A stretch of DNA of 63,948 nucleotides, filler included, from Phoronis australis (lineage: Eukaryota; Animalia; Phoronida): NCBI GenBank assembly GCA_002633005.1. It is 11 parts of 11 records of this genome, joined end to end, with 100 filler letters (N's around TTAATTAATTAA, not from the genome) between each part and the next. Parts side by side here need not be neighbours in the genome. Positions count along the whole stretch, not along the records: positions 34,364 to 38,061 come from NMRA01002886.1; positions 38,162 to 41,917 come from NMRA01002855.1; positions 42,018 to 49,765 come from NMRA01000761.1; 8 more parts are not named here. One strand, written 5' to 3'. Positions 36,418 to 48,729 of this stretch are shown piece by piece (position 1 is the stretch's first letter; every line of letters starts with the position of its first letter). Position numbers and translations under genes: made by a program. The notes beneath the pieces are model-generated. The model was not told the DNA's origin, ran no database searches, and was given only the letters and a program-made list of their open reading frames with translations.

Positions 36418-36550
36418 GTACTTACCGGAGATGTTGACTTACTTCATCACGCAAACATTGGAGAAGTCTGACAGTGATCGCGATGATGCTAACAAACTGA
36501 TGAGCAAGCTGAAGACTGAGGGAGTAATTACCTCTGACCAGTACATGGAG
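36418..36550 (+). CDS. EIF4G2: eIF4G2 exon (YLPEML..LKTEGVITSDQYME)
   Basis: Matches DAP5 FLPEML..LKQEGIATSDNFMQ; ttcag acceptor, gtaagt donor. Confidence 0.93.
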
Positions 36551-36949
36551 GTAAGTATGGGCTGTATTCAGAGGATTTCATTGACTGTAAATTTTCTGTT
36601 AGTGGCTCTGCTGCCATTGTAGTACAGTTGTTGGCTCCTAAACATCCAGTGAGATCATGGATAGATAAGTTGGTGACGTGTAAACGATATCACGGAAAAC
36701 ACATTAGTCAATTTAATGCACCAGGTCATTAGTGCCTTTTTCATGCTAGCTTGTCTAGTTATTCACATAACATTTATACCACTGATGTGTTTAATAACGC
36801 TGTTATTCCATTCGCTAGGTATTCTGCCCAGCCCTTAACAATACAAAATGTTTTAAAGTAAACTTGCTGTTATACATATTGGTGGTTACAAGTTGACTCC
36901 ATCTTTGTCCAGGTTTGATATCTTTCTAAAACTTTCTTCCTTGCTGCAG

Positions 36950-37208
36950 GCATTCCAGTCAGTTCTTGACAAGATGAAGGCCCTTGAGGTGGACGTGCCC
37001 CTAGTCAAGTCGTTCATCGCCCGCTGCGCGGCCCACGCTGTCGCCACCAACGTGGTGCCCTTGGTGGAGATGAAAGAACCGATGGAGGAGGGCGCATACT
37101 ACCCATTGTTCATGCTGGTGTTGCAGCAGCTACACAAGTTGAAGGATGAACAATGGTTGAGGACGACGTTCAATGAGAGCAAGATCAACCTGCATGACAT
37201 GTTGCCTG
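36950..37208 (+). CDS. EIF4G2: eIF4G2 exon (LEVDVPLVKS..YPLFMLVLQQL..SKINLHDMLP)
   Basis: Matches DAP5 LEVDIPLVKS..FPLFLLCLQQL; ctgcag acceptor, gtaggt donor. Confidence 0.95.
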
Positions 37209-37743
37209 GTAGGTTGATGTGGTGTTCAGGGAGTATGGACTTTTTATTGGCTGATGTGTATGTAAATATGAGGGTTATATGCAAATGAATGACGTGATTG
37301 GGTGTTATGGTTGTATGCAAATGAGTAGTTAAGGATTGCATGGAATAAGGAATTATTATTGGCTGGTGTGTGTAAGAGTTGTGTGCAAATGGGTGGTCAA
37401 ATGTATATAATGAGTAGGGTGGTTATTGGCTAATGATGTGTATAAAAATGTGGGTGGTGTGCTAGTGTGTGATGGAACATTTAATGGAGAAGTGAGTTAT
37501 TATTGGCTGGTGTGTATGTAAATGATGGCGTCACTTGGATGCATAGTATTGAACTATCTCATTGACTACAAAATGTACTCATGCTTATGTTATTGTATTA
37601 ATGGTATACTTTAATAGTGCTTATTAAAGGCTTACTACTAAGTGTTAAACACTGTAATTTAGATGAATTGTTGTTGTATGAAGTCTAATCACAGACAGAT
37701 ATACTTGTGTTAATTAATGTGAAATTCCTGAATTGTTTTCCAG

Positions 37744-37948
37744 AGTCCGACCGATCTAAGGAGCGTATGATGGAAATCTTGGAAGACCGCGGTCTCAGTT
37801 TCATGTTTCCCTTGCTGAGAGTGCAGAACGAGCTCTGGCGCTACGTTCTACAGGAGCCCTCTGGTGGCGCCATCCACAAATGGATCAAGGACAATGTGGA
37901 CGCAAGCCTACTGACGGAACCGGGACTTATCTACACTGTAGCACTTGT
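37744..37948 (+). CDS. EIF4G2: eIF4G2 exon (RMMEILEDRGLSFMFPLL..KWIKDN)
   Basis: Matches DAP5 RMLEILEGKGLSFLFPLL..KWIKDN; ttccag acceptor, gtaagt donor. The gene is incomplete at both ends. Confidence 0.95.
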
Positions 37949-39240
37949 GTAAGTAACAGAAACACATGTAAACACAGTGTACACTTAGTTGTCATACTGT
38001 TATCACTTGTGTAAGAAACAGAAACACATGTAAACACATGTAAACACAGTGTACACTTAGTNNNNNNNNNNNNNNNNNNNNNNNNNNNNNNNNNNNNNNN
38101 NNNNNTTAATTAATTAANNNNNNNNNNNNNNNNNNNNNNNNNNNNNNNNNNNNNNNNNNNNTTGTGCGTCTGCATGCATACGACTGGTGAGAATGAATGC
38201 ACCGAATCCGAGTCGCTGAACCGCCTCTGTGTGTTCACTAACACAGCAAGCTGTTAAAAATGATAAATCCTCTCCAAAATTCATTAATTTGATTTGTAAT
38301 TTGACATTTAGCTGTTTCGATCTTGTGCTTATGGCACGCTTTATCCGCCATCTCAATTTCTACAGTCCACTTCGTACTTAGTTTCTTGATATCATTCTCC
38401 ACAGCATGTGTTGATCTTCTAACTGCTGGCTCTGCCTTCTGACCTAGTTTACTCGAGGTAAATGAAACTCCACATACAAAATTAAAAATTTTCAGTGATA
38501 ATTAAATTAATGATGCCCAGAAAATTAATTTGATAAGGGACTTTTCACTATTTTTTAGGAAGATTGTTTCTGGATAATATCTAGAGAGCCAGTTGATAGA
38601 GTTGATAGATTTCAATGAATTTGATACGTAGGTACGTGATGGCAATCCGCTGAAACACATCAGTTTTCAACCACTACAGCATTTGCAGATACTATCTAGA
38701 GAACAGAGTGAGGGATTTCATTGAAATTTATCACAAGGCTATGTGATGGCAATGTGCTAGACTTAACTAATTTTGGGGCAAATTTGACCTCTACTGCATA
38801 CCTGGTGGCCATTTTGGTCTTGACAAGGGGCGTTTTGAATATTTTTAAATGACATTTTTGGACAATGTCCAGAGCACTAATTGACGCATTTCAATGAAAC
38901 TTAAACACAGAGGGCAGATTTCATTGTTTCAACATCCGTGAGTGGCCGTTCAATTTTGGCAGCTATACGTTTTGCCCCTTAGATCTCTCTTTGTATCTGC
39001 CAAACCTCATGTTTGTTCTTTATGAAAAGAAACATTCCTTATAGTTGTTCAAACTGTGCCTCTTTCCTATGATTAACATGCTAGAGTGCATCTCCTTAAG
39101 ATATCTCAGTTGCAGTCTTTGAAATATTTTCTAAAATACTGAGATTTAACTCATGAAACAATTTTAAATCCTTGGCTAGCAAAGAAGTATGTTATGTGCA
39201 AGGAATTTGTAGTCATGTGGCTGTAGTTTTCTAAACATGT

Positions 39241-40932
39241 GTTTTTATGTGCCCACATATTTACATGTGGTCTCATATTCTGTCATCTCTGTCTGCTCGG
39301 GCGTCCGGCGTCTGGCGTCCGCAGCTGTCTTCTAAACCCCTCACAGGATCTCGATGAGATTTGGCAGTTGTGTCCTATAAAGCTGACGAGGGATGACAAC
39401 AAATTTCGGACCTCTCTGTCTACTGGTGTGCAACCTAGTGGTACTTTTATTTTTTATGCTTACCTCTGTAGCTTCGGAAGTCCTTAACGTATTTTCATAG
39501 AATTTGGAATATAGGCATCTATTAGTGAGATGAAACTATCCTCTCATTTTCAGATGGATTTGACATAGTTTACGCCATCTAGTGGCCATTTTTACTGTTT
39601 TCGAGTCTGTTTTTTGGTGTCCACCCCTCTATCAACCAAACCACTCTAAGGATGATTATGAAAATTGGCATGTATGTTCTTACTACTCCTCCTAGTGGCA
39701 GTTTTTGTACCCATGGCTGTACATTTGTATCTCCTAAACTGTTTGCAGGATCTCTACTAAACTTAGTAAGTGTATTTATATGATGTTGACAACGGACGAT
39801 GAAGACTTTCGCACGAATTGAACTACCGGTGTGCCCCCTAGTGGCAATTTTAGTTTTTTATGCTTACCTTTGTATCTTCAATGATCCTCAACGTATTTTC
39901 ATAAAAGTTGGAAGATAGGCATCTATTGGTGAGATGACACTGTTGTCCCGTTTTCGGATGGATTCGAGGTATTTTGCGCCACCTAGTGGCCATTTTTACT
40001 GTTTTGGAGTCGGTTTTATGGCATCAACTGAATCGCCTTAAGGATGATTGTGGAAATTGACGACATTTATATTCTTACTACAAAGAGGATTGCTGACGAT
40101 GATTTCTTGATGACTACAAGTACTGTGGTGCCTCATAGTGACAGTTTTTTTGCACTCATGGCTGTATCTCCTAAATAGTTCGCAGGATCTTTTTACTAAA
40201 TTTAGCAACTGCATTTATATGATATTGACAACGAACGACGATGACTTTCGCACAGATCTGACCACCAGTGTCCCCCCTTAGTTTTTTATGTTTACCTGAG
40301 TGTATATTCACAGGTCCCCAACAGAGTTTCATAAAATTCAGAATATAGTCATGTATTATTGGGGTGACGTTATCTTCCCATTTTCAGATGGATTCGTGGT
40401 ATTTTGCACCAACTATTTGCCATTTTTACTGTTTTCGAATCTGTTTTTTGGCGTCTATCAACCAAACCTTTCTATGGATGATTTTGAAAATTGGCGTGTA
40501 TCTTCTCAGTGTGGAGAGGCTTACGCTGACAACTTTGGCTACTGTGGCACCTCCTAGTGGTGGTTTTGTTTTGTTTTGTGGCCATAGCTGTATCGCCTAA
40601 ACCTTCTGTAGGATCTTTATTAAATTTAGTAAACTAAGTGTATTTATATGAAGCTAATAATAGGTGACAACTTTGAGGAGGATGCTGTGCCCCTGAGTGG
40701 CAATTTCATTTTTTTCCGTTTTCCTTTGTTTCTCTGAAGTTCCTTGACAGATTTTTATGAAATTTGGTAAATAGCTTTCTATTAAACAAGCGATGGCATG
40801 TTCCATTTTAAGATGGATTGGACATGTTGCGCCATCTATTGGCCATTTTTATGATAGCAATGAACAACTCTAGAAGCACATTGTTTGCGGTACATTCGTG
40901 GGCGCATTTCAGTGCTCTGCGGTGCTCTTGTT
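39241..40932 (+). mobile_element. Apparently full-length Helentron-type non-autonomous element with internal ~410-bp tandem repeats
   Basis: 5' TTTTTATGTGCCCAC plus hairpin plus GTCC-like tract; internal repeat units at ~39458, 39863, 40291 and 40719; 3' subterminal inverted repeat GTGGGCGCAT (40898), weak hairpin, CTTGTT end. Confidence 0.75.
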
Positions 40933-41106
40933 ATGTTATTGCTTGGCAGTCATTGACATAAAAAAATTTATGCAAACTTGCAGAGTCTAGCAGTTTGTTC
41001 ACTGTAGCAAAATTCTCTTTAATTTCAAGTTTGGTTGAGTGGGACGCTTTTGTAATGTGAGCCTTCAGATGAATTGTTGAAATATTTGGATTTTTTCATC
41101 TTGAAG

Positions 41107-41258
41107 GAGCCATCACCAATCTTTTGGTAATCCCCACACCTTCTGGTATTATGGCTTCGGATGACAAGTTCACTGAAATGCCTTTGCTGCCACTTAAGCG
41201 ACATCTTCTGTCAGACTCAACTGAGACTGGCAGGGCTTTGACAGAAGTCAAGAATAAG
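41107..41258 (+). CDS. WDR18: WDR18/Ipi3-like exon (G)AITNLLVIPTPSGIMASDDKFTEMPLLPLKRHLLSDSTETGRALTEVKNK
   Basis: Resembles human WDR18 [34 protein letters not shown]; ttgaag acceptor, gtaggc donor. Confidence 0.65.
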
Positions 41259-42659
41259 GTAGGCGAAGTCATGGCCTTTGTTCCATTTATTAAAGTCTCC
41301 CAATGTTTGTTTTTCAGTTTCTTCAAATAAAATAGTAATTGCCAAGAAACAGTACCATGTAACTTTGGTATAAAATTCCTGTCGCATAAAGAAGGTGTAA
41401 TTTTTTCATCATGCGATGCTTAAGAGACGTTAAAAGAGGCTGCCCTGCCGCATATAGGAGGTGTTACCACAATTATTTAGTTACATTTATCTAACAACTA
41501 TAATCATTCAATGAATTCTGGTTCTTAGCTCCTACCAATCGTTTTAAAAAGTCACATTTTTGTCATATAGCTTTAAACTTTTGCTCTTATTTGTATCACT
41601 AACATTTAGTTTATGCGGTATTTAATAACTTGCTTCTTCCAGACTGTTTGCTGCTTGTGAGTCTAGTGAAAATAAACGATTAAGGTGATGATTATAAGTG
41701 AAACCATATGACACATTAAATTATTGAATGATTTGGACAGAATGTGAAATTATAAACTTATGAGTGAAACCATATGACTTATGACCATACCAGCAGTCAT
41801 TATTTTGAGGACAGTAATTTTACATATTGCCTCTGCTGTGATAATGCTGTAAGTTTTAATTCTTTTTCAAGACTTTTTCCATGATTTGATTCTGGGATCT
41901 TCCTGTTAGCAAACCACNNNNNNNNNNNNNNNNNNNNNNNNNNNNNNNNNNNNNNNNNNNNTTAATTAATTAANNNNNNNNNNNNNNNNNNNNNNNNNNN
42001 NNNNNNNNNNNNNNNNNAAAGTTTGAATCCTTTTGGGTTAATGAATAAAAAATGATAACATTTTGTATTGGACTTGTCATACTTATGTGCTCGAACGAGC
42101 CCCCTATTTGGAGAACTGAGGGAAAAGGTCTGCCTCAGTCAGAGAAGCACGAATTCCGAAAAAAGTAGAAAATGAGACAATAATCCACTAGAGGACAGGA
42201 AGTACCAAAATTTAGCGTCTGCAATTCATAGCTCTGAACATACCCAGTGAATCTTATAGTAAAATATAGACATTCCCAAAAATTCCAGCCCTCCATTCTT
42301 TTAGGCTTGGTGCGCTCATACAAAGTCTGGGCAAATCTTTATTGAAAGCCAACAACTTTGCACAGTTCGGTAGAAGTACCCAAGTTCTAAATAAACCTCG
42401 TTTGAGCGAGCGCTGTGGCCAGCGACCAGTTAGGCCTAAGGGTAGCCTTGGCGCAAAGCTGTATAGGCCTACCAACAAGCTGTATTTTGACGATAGTCTT
42501 CACTGGTAGCTGGCACTAAGGCTATAGCTAAGGTCTGCCGCGGCAGTGTGACACAGGAATAACCAGCCCGTAATTTCAAGCAAGTGTCTGAAACTACCTT
42601 TGAATATATGCGGCATTTATGATTTGAACATTTTACTTCGACAAAACAGCTTGCAACCG

Positions 42660-43025
42660 CATGCATTTACCGTTCGCCAGTGTGTGGTCTCGATCCGCAC
42701 CGGGTCCGGCGAAAGGCTGCGGTCCCGAGTCTGGCAAAATAATTTCTGTCAAAATTTAGTCGCCATATTTCTTCAGCAAATTCGATAAAGTTGTCGGTAT
42801 TGATTTTATTAAAATTAAGGTGCGCTGTCGATTATTTTATCCCCGTTTGCAGGCACTGCTCCGGTCGCACTGACGGCGTTTTGTCGGCCTGGGTTCCTGA
42901 ATGAATTATACTTCTGGGTTCGCGGCAAGTTCAAAATGGCGGTGGTTCTTCGGGTGCGAGTCGTGAGTGGCGCGTTCATTTAACTTTTTTCGAGTACAGA
43001 TTGTTTACTAGTTATGGGGTAGGTA
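42660..43025. promoter_or_regulatory. CpG-rich candidate bidirectional promoter
   Basis: YY1-like AAAATGGCGG on + (~42933) and AATATGGCGA on - (~42768), each followed by a splice-donor-like site. Confidence 0.35.
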
Positions 43026-43501
43026 CTTCTTGGATCCTTATAACATCCTCTAACCATGTAATAAGGGCTAACAACGCGTGCGACCAGGTCTTTAACGTCA
43101 GTGGGAACGGTCATTTACTACAGAACTAAATTTACAGTGGTATAAAATGTACTCCTCTTCAGAACATGGGATAGACGACCGACGTTAAATTTAGTCCACA
43201 ACCGGGCTTAACTCTTTGGGGAAGCTTAATGAACCGCACGCAGTAAAATGTTATCATTGGTTTGACGAGAATTCCCACGAGCAAGATCGATTACACGCCA
43301 TTGCATCAGTCTCAGTCGTCGGCTTGCCGTGTTAGCTTAGTGTTATATCTTGCTGAGAAAATACCACAAGTTACAAGGAAGTCCGGATTTTAAATTGGTC
43401 TCTGGATGAAACTGCAATCCCGATGTAGCAGTGCAATTTGAATGATCATCTACGTCTTGGTTTCACAATGATCTGGGTCTCATGTCCAATTGTGGTCTTA
43501 A

Positions 43502-44254
43502 CCTTATCCTGCGCTCGCGAGGTCAGCTGACATGATACTTATCCTATTACGTTGCGTTGGGTGTTCTCAATCGACTGTGATAAGCTGCAGCTGGCGTGCG
43601 TTCAGTAGACGCTAGGACTTACGCTAGGACCTAGCTAAAACCTAGTCAAAGTCACGTGTTCTCGTTTAAAATGCACGGCAATATCTCAAGTAATCTCGCG
43701 AAGTCTTGGTTTTTAGCGAGGTCCCAGCTGACATGCCACTTATCCTATTACATTGCGTTGGGTGTTCTCAATCGACTATGATAAGCTGCAGCTTGGCTGC
43801 GCTTATGATTTTAATTCAGAATTTGTAAGAGCCCTAGAATGTTGTTTAGATATGTGAGCATGCGTATTCCATAGTTCACATTTTCCTCTACATTTTTCTG
43901 ACTTAAACCACATAGCTGTAATTACTAGTTTGGGACATATTGGCAGGTTAGTATTATTGCAGACACATACTTTCATCATATGACTGGAGCCAGAGTGAGA
44001 GTATGACAGTGGATCAATTTACTTTCGTTAAGGCTGATTTGATATGCATAAGGTGAAAGTCTCCATTAAATTCTGGACAACTTTTATAGTGGTTTCTTTT
44101 CTGTGAAATTAGCATTTCCCATCAAATTTCCAATTTAAAATAGGTCTTAAGTCTGGGTGACCTTCGTAACAGCTTAGTGTACAGCAGTAGTGATGACCTA
44201 CTTAGCTCAGCACACAGGGAAAGTAGTCTGAATAGAGGCTCGGCAGGATAAGGG
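43502..44254 (+). mobile_element. Non-autonomous piggyBac derivative
   Basis: TTAA|CCTTATCCTGC ... GCAGGATAAGGG|TATTAA; ~85-bp internal duplication (~43518 and ~43717); homologous to the element at 25797. Confidence 0.75.
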
Positions 44255-44324
44255 TATTAATCTGTTTACCGCGAGATACTTGTACATGCATTTTTTGTGG
44301 CAGCTGCCATGCAGTTCACCTGAN

Positions 44325-44803
44325 AAATATGTAGCAGCGAAGGTCCCGGATATGAAAATATGTACCAGCGAAGGTCCCGAACCTCAAACTATGTACCAGC
44401 GAAGGTCCCGAACCTCGAAATATGTAGCAGCGAAGGTCCCGGATCTCAAAATATGTACCAGCGAAGGTCCCGAACCTCGAAATATGTAGCAGCGAAGGTC
44501 CCGGATATGAAAATATGTACCAGCGAAGGTCCCGAACCTCAAACTATGTACCAGCGAAGGTCCCGAACCTCGAAATATGTAGCAGCGAAGGTCCCGGATC
44601 TCAAAATATGTACCAGCGAAGGTCCCGAACCTCGAAATATGTAGCAGCGAAGGTCCCGGATATGAAAATATGTACCAGCGAAGGTCCCGAACCTCAAACT
44701 ATGTACCAGCGAAGGTCCCGAACCTCGAAATATGTAGCAGCGAAGGTCCCGGATCTCAAAATATGTACCAGCGAAGGTCCCGAACCTCAAAATATGTACC
44801 AGC
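44325..44803. repeat. 31-bp minisatellite with 155-bp higher-order structure
   Basis: 15 full units of AA(A/C)TATGTA(G/C)CAGCGAAGGTCCCG(G/A)A.. in a fixed five-variant order repeated three times. Confidence 0.97.
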
Positions 44804-46099
44804 ATAATTTGGATACTCCAAATAGTTTTAGCTTAACAAACTTTGTTCTGTATCAGTGCATCCCAAGTCAACCCCCCCCCCAAAACATAGTCCAATTAAC
44901 GCCATAGTCACCGGTGCCTAAATGAACACAAATGGGAATGACTTGCACATGTGGTTGTGATTCAAACAAGTGTCATTTAAGAGAAATCGAGAAAAGACGT
45001 GGACTTTTGGAAAAAAACATGGTGTCAGGTCACGAGATCTTCACTAATGCACCAGAGGCGATTCTAATGCTATTATAATAATGCTGGACACTCCGGTTAC
45101 TTTGGCGCATAAAAGTCATATATGTGGTTAAAGAGCTGCATTTCGCTGCTAATAATACCACTCGAGCTTTGTTCCAGTTGACAAACCCTACATTTACAGT
45201 GACACAAATGGAACGTTATCATTGTAAAAAATAAAAGGAGTCCCGATTTTATGATGATGGCCTTGTCTAGTTTTGTTTTTAGACAGCTAAACAGGGCGAA
45301 ATGCAGCTTTTAGTAATTAAATGTATTTAAATTTCAGGAATGATAATTATTTATTGGATTAAATTACATTAGTTTACAGTTTAAACTTGATTGCAATTTC
45401 AAAAAAACTCCGACAAGCATTGTTGACAGCTGTAATTACGGTTCCTCTGAGAAACCGGTTGGCTACATACATGAACACATGCACGACTACCTAAGTTCAA
45501 TACGATATCCTAAAACGCTGTTACACTTTTCTTAAATACCATTCTGTTTTCGTTTTATGCAAATTTATTTTTTTTGTGAAAATCTCGAAGGTCCTATTTG
45601 ATAGCTTCTCATGCAAAAGTGAACAATTGTAAAAACAATTCCCAATAACGCATATTTTCTGAAAGTTTCACATTAATCCGAACTGACATTTATGAGATAA
45701 AACTTTCCGAAGTTACCCAAATTTGGAAATTTTTCTATGATCCTATATAACGATACATTTAAGAAAGCTTTCGAATTAACACCGTAATTAGCTTCTTGCC
45801 AAACGATAACTAAGACCGTAACCAATCAATTAGAGTCATAATTACTTTGTTGCCAAATGATAACTACGACCGTAACCAATTACAGCTACAATTACTTAGC
45901 TAATTTCCTGATTACGACCGCAATTTCCAGCGAATGAAACTACAGGAAATGTAGTCGGTTTCGCAAACGTGACGTCACAATGACGTGTTCCCATTGTAAA
46001 AGAGGTTAGAGTTCTATACAGATTGATCACGCAGTCACCATTTTAGTAGTGAGCCTCTTTTAGGTTTTTTAAAAATGCATTCTATGCTTAATCACAGCG

Positions 46100-48400
46100 C
46101 AAAGAGTGATTTTTATTGGGCCTTGGGGATGTTTCAAAATCCCTTGTTGAAGCACGGCCGAAATTGTTTGGTGGCTGGGCAAAATGTGTCCCAAAAATAT
46201 ACACATTTCAACGCCTGGAGTTCAAATTCAGTTCCCGGGATCACTAAGATTCCGCGCGGGCCTACTGCATTGTTGCACCTTATTTTTAACGTGGGTGTGT
46301 CAGTCATGACGTGCTCCGTCTGTGTAGTGTGCACGGGAAATGCAAGCAAACGATTCAGTTTTGAAGAACAAAAATTCATTGCGCAATACTACTGGAAACT
46401 AAAAACATCAAGGAAGTGCAAAGACAACCTTTCCAAGTTAATGAGAAATGAGTTTAATTTGATTTATTTAAAGACTTAAACTTCTTTTCCGATCTACGGC
46501 TTGCGAATTTTTAAAAATTACTAATCTAGTTCCAAAGTCAATAAACAATTTATTATCATTTGGATTGTGAGAACATTTTGGGACACTTTGTAGAGCTGTC
46601 CGACATTCACTAATATCCTTAAGACTTATTTCAGATAGACAAAAAATCGTTACGTGTACTTTACTATTTGGGGATCTGATGATAGATCGAGTTTTCTCAA
46701 TGTCAGCCTACAACTAAGTTCAGTTAAGCATCGTAATTTCTTACAAGATTATCTTCTAACTGTCAAAAACTCATCTATCAATCATTCGATTTTCGTAGAT
46801 ACATAAACATGTAAATCATAAATCAACAACAAACTCCATGACCAATGCGTTTACCTTGATTTAATGACTTCATTCCTCTTTGATCTCCTGTTTGTGAGTT
46901 TAAACGACAAATCTCGAACCTAAGTCAAAAAGCAATGCATTTACTGTCATTTGAATTGTGAGTATATTTTTGGGAACTGTCCGAATTTTATCGATGTCTT
47001 TGACAGTTATTTTAGATAAGCAAAAATTCGTCTAACTGTACTTTAATATTTGGGGACGGATTATATAGTCTTTTCAACTTCAAATTGCAAATAAGTTCAC
47101 TGAAACATCATCAATTCTTACACGTTTAGCGCATAATTGTCAAACCTTACCTATGAGTTGATTTTCAATATATACAAATCTAAATCAGAAACCAACGAAT
47201 TTGTTAAGGATAACGGAAGGTTGTAAGCAATTTCCGCAGGCATGCTCGAAGATTTTTGTCGGGTATTCGGGGGAACATGGGAGACGGGGCATTCGTTTTT
47301 AGGTGTATTGTTGCTTATTTCAGAGGTACCTATAACGGTTCACGAGTTAAAACTGAACTCCAAAAAACGCTAAAATCTTTGTAAGTACATTTGGTACACC
47401 CATTCGACATGTACATGGTCATTACAAATCCTGGCCTCGTTAGTCTTTTCGATACATGCGGATTCCTTACAAACAACTCCTAATAACGATCTTCAAAGGA
47501 AATACTATTCTTGTGATACCGTGGGAATAAAGTAACATTTTATAACTAACAATTCGGAAATAATCCTTTTGTATAATTCACAAATTGTGGTCTTCACGTT
47601 CTTCAAAATTCCCCCTTTCCAATAGCGGCCAATCCCATTGTATTTTTTACATTTTTGTTAAGTCGAATGTCTTAATGCTGCGAATGTTTTGTGTTTTTGA
47701 TGAATTTGGAATCTAAACTTCCCCTCGTGAATACTTAGCAGTGTCGGATTTACATGTGTAGATGAACAAAGGGACAATTACCCCCAAACCACCCCACCGA
47801 GAGAGGGTCCCGCCTAAAATGGGACACCTTAAGATGAAAAGCTAAACATCATTAAGCTTGGAAAAGAGTGACAGTTCTTTTCATGGCCATGTGACCCTGT
47901 AAGAAGTGACCTTCCTCAACATGAAAGCCGGTTGTACGATTTTACAAAAAATAGGAGCGGCCCCTAAGAATTTGTCAATAAAACACGAAAAGGGTGTCTA
48001 GTTGAATGTCGTCATTGGCACCCTTCGAGGGCTGGGCCCCTAAATATGAAAAGATCTGTACTTTCAAAGATCAAAAAATACGCAACAATTGATATTATCT
48101 GTAAGGTCATCAATTTTTCTAAAGTGATGTACAATTTCGAGAAAAAATAAACGAAAAAATAGAGAGACAGCCGTCTCCGTTATCTTTTGCCAGAGAGGGA
48201 CCTCTGGAAAAACATAGTTTTGCATTCCCAGAATTGTCTTACTGAATTTACAATTTTCTTGATTTTTCGAAATACTGTATGAATGATTAAGTGCCCATTT
48301 TCAAGTGCGCTTAGACGACCTATGCTGTAAAAACGGATATTTTGACGAGCTTTCGCGTTCCGTGCTTCTTCAATATTTTTAAGACTCGGTCACTATTTCG
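46100..48400 (+). mobile_element. Longer copy of the repeat with a Tc1/mariner-type N-terminal remnant
   Basis: Shares blocks with 19190-19850 and 21830-21925; SKRFSFEEQKFIAQYYWK at ~46345. Boundaries are approximate. Confidence 0.5.
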
Positions 48401-48729
48401 ATGATTCCACCGATTTCCAAATGAGCCCAGACACAATAGGACCATTTCGGATTTCAATGCAACACTGGAATATTACTGGAGAGTTCTGTCGTCGTGTAAT
48501 CTAGGACAGCCCTATTAGTTACATCAAATTTAATTAAATCCAGCCCTACAGACTGTGAAACAAACGGCCACGGCTTCCGTCAGCACTTACATCCAACCAA
48601 AACGCATTTTCTTTTTGAAAACGCAGACGTCACGATCCTATCTGCGTATCCTTATTCATGGAAAACTGAAAAAGGACAGACAAAAGTGAATTTTAGTGAT
48701 CAGGGTTCTGTTTCATGAAAGTAGATTAA

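Noticed and set aside
34364-41917. eIF4G2-WDR18 linkage as a functional cluster
   Set aside because: The two genes are separated by an artificial spacer.
44280-44907. Repetitive ORFs (also 11097-11468 and 61893-62114)
   Set aside because: By-products of tandem repeats and a microsatellite, with no gene signals.
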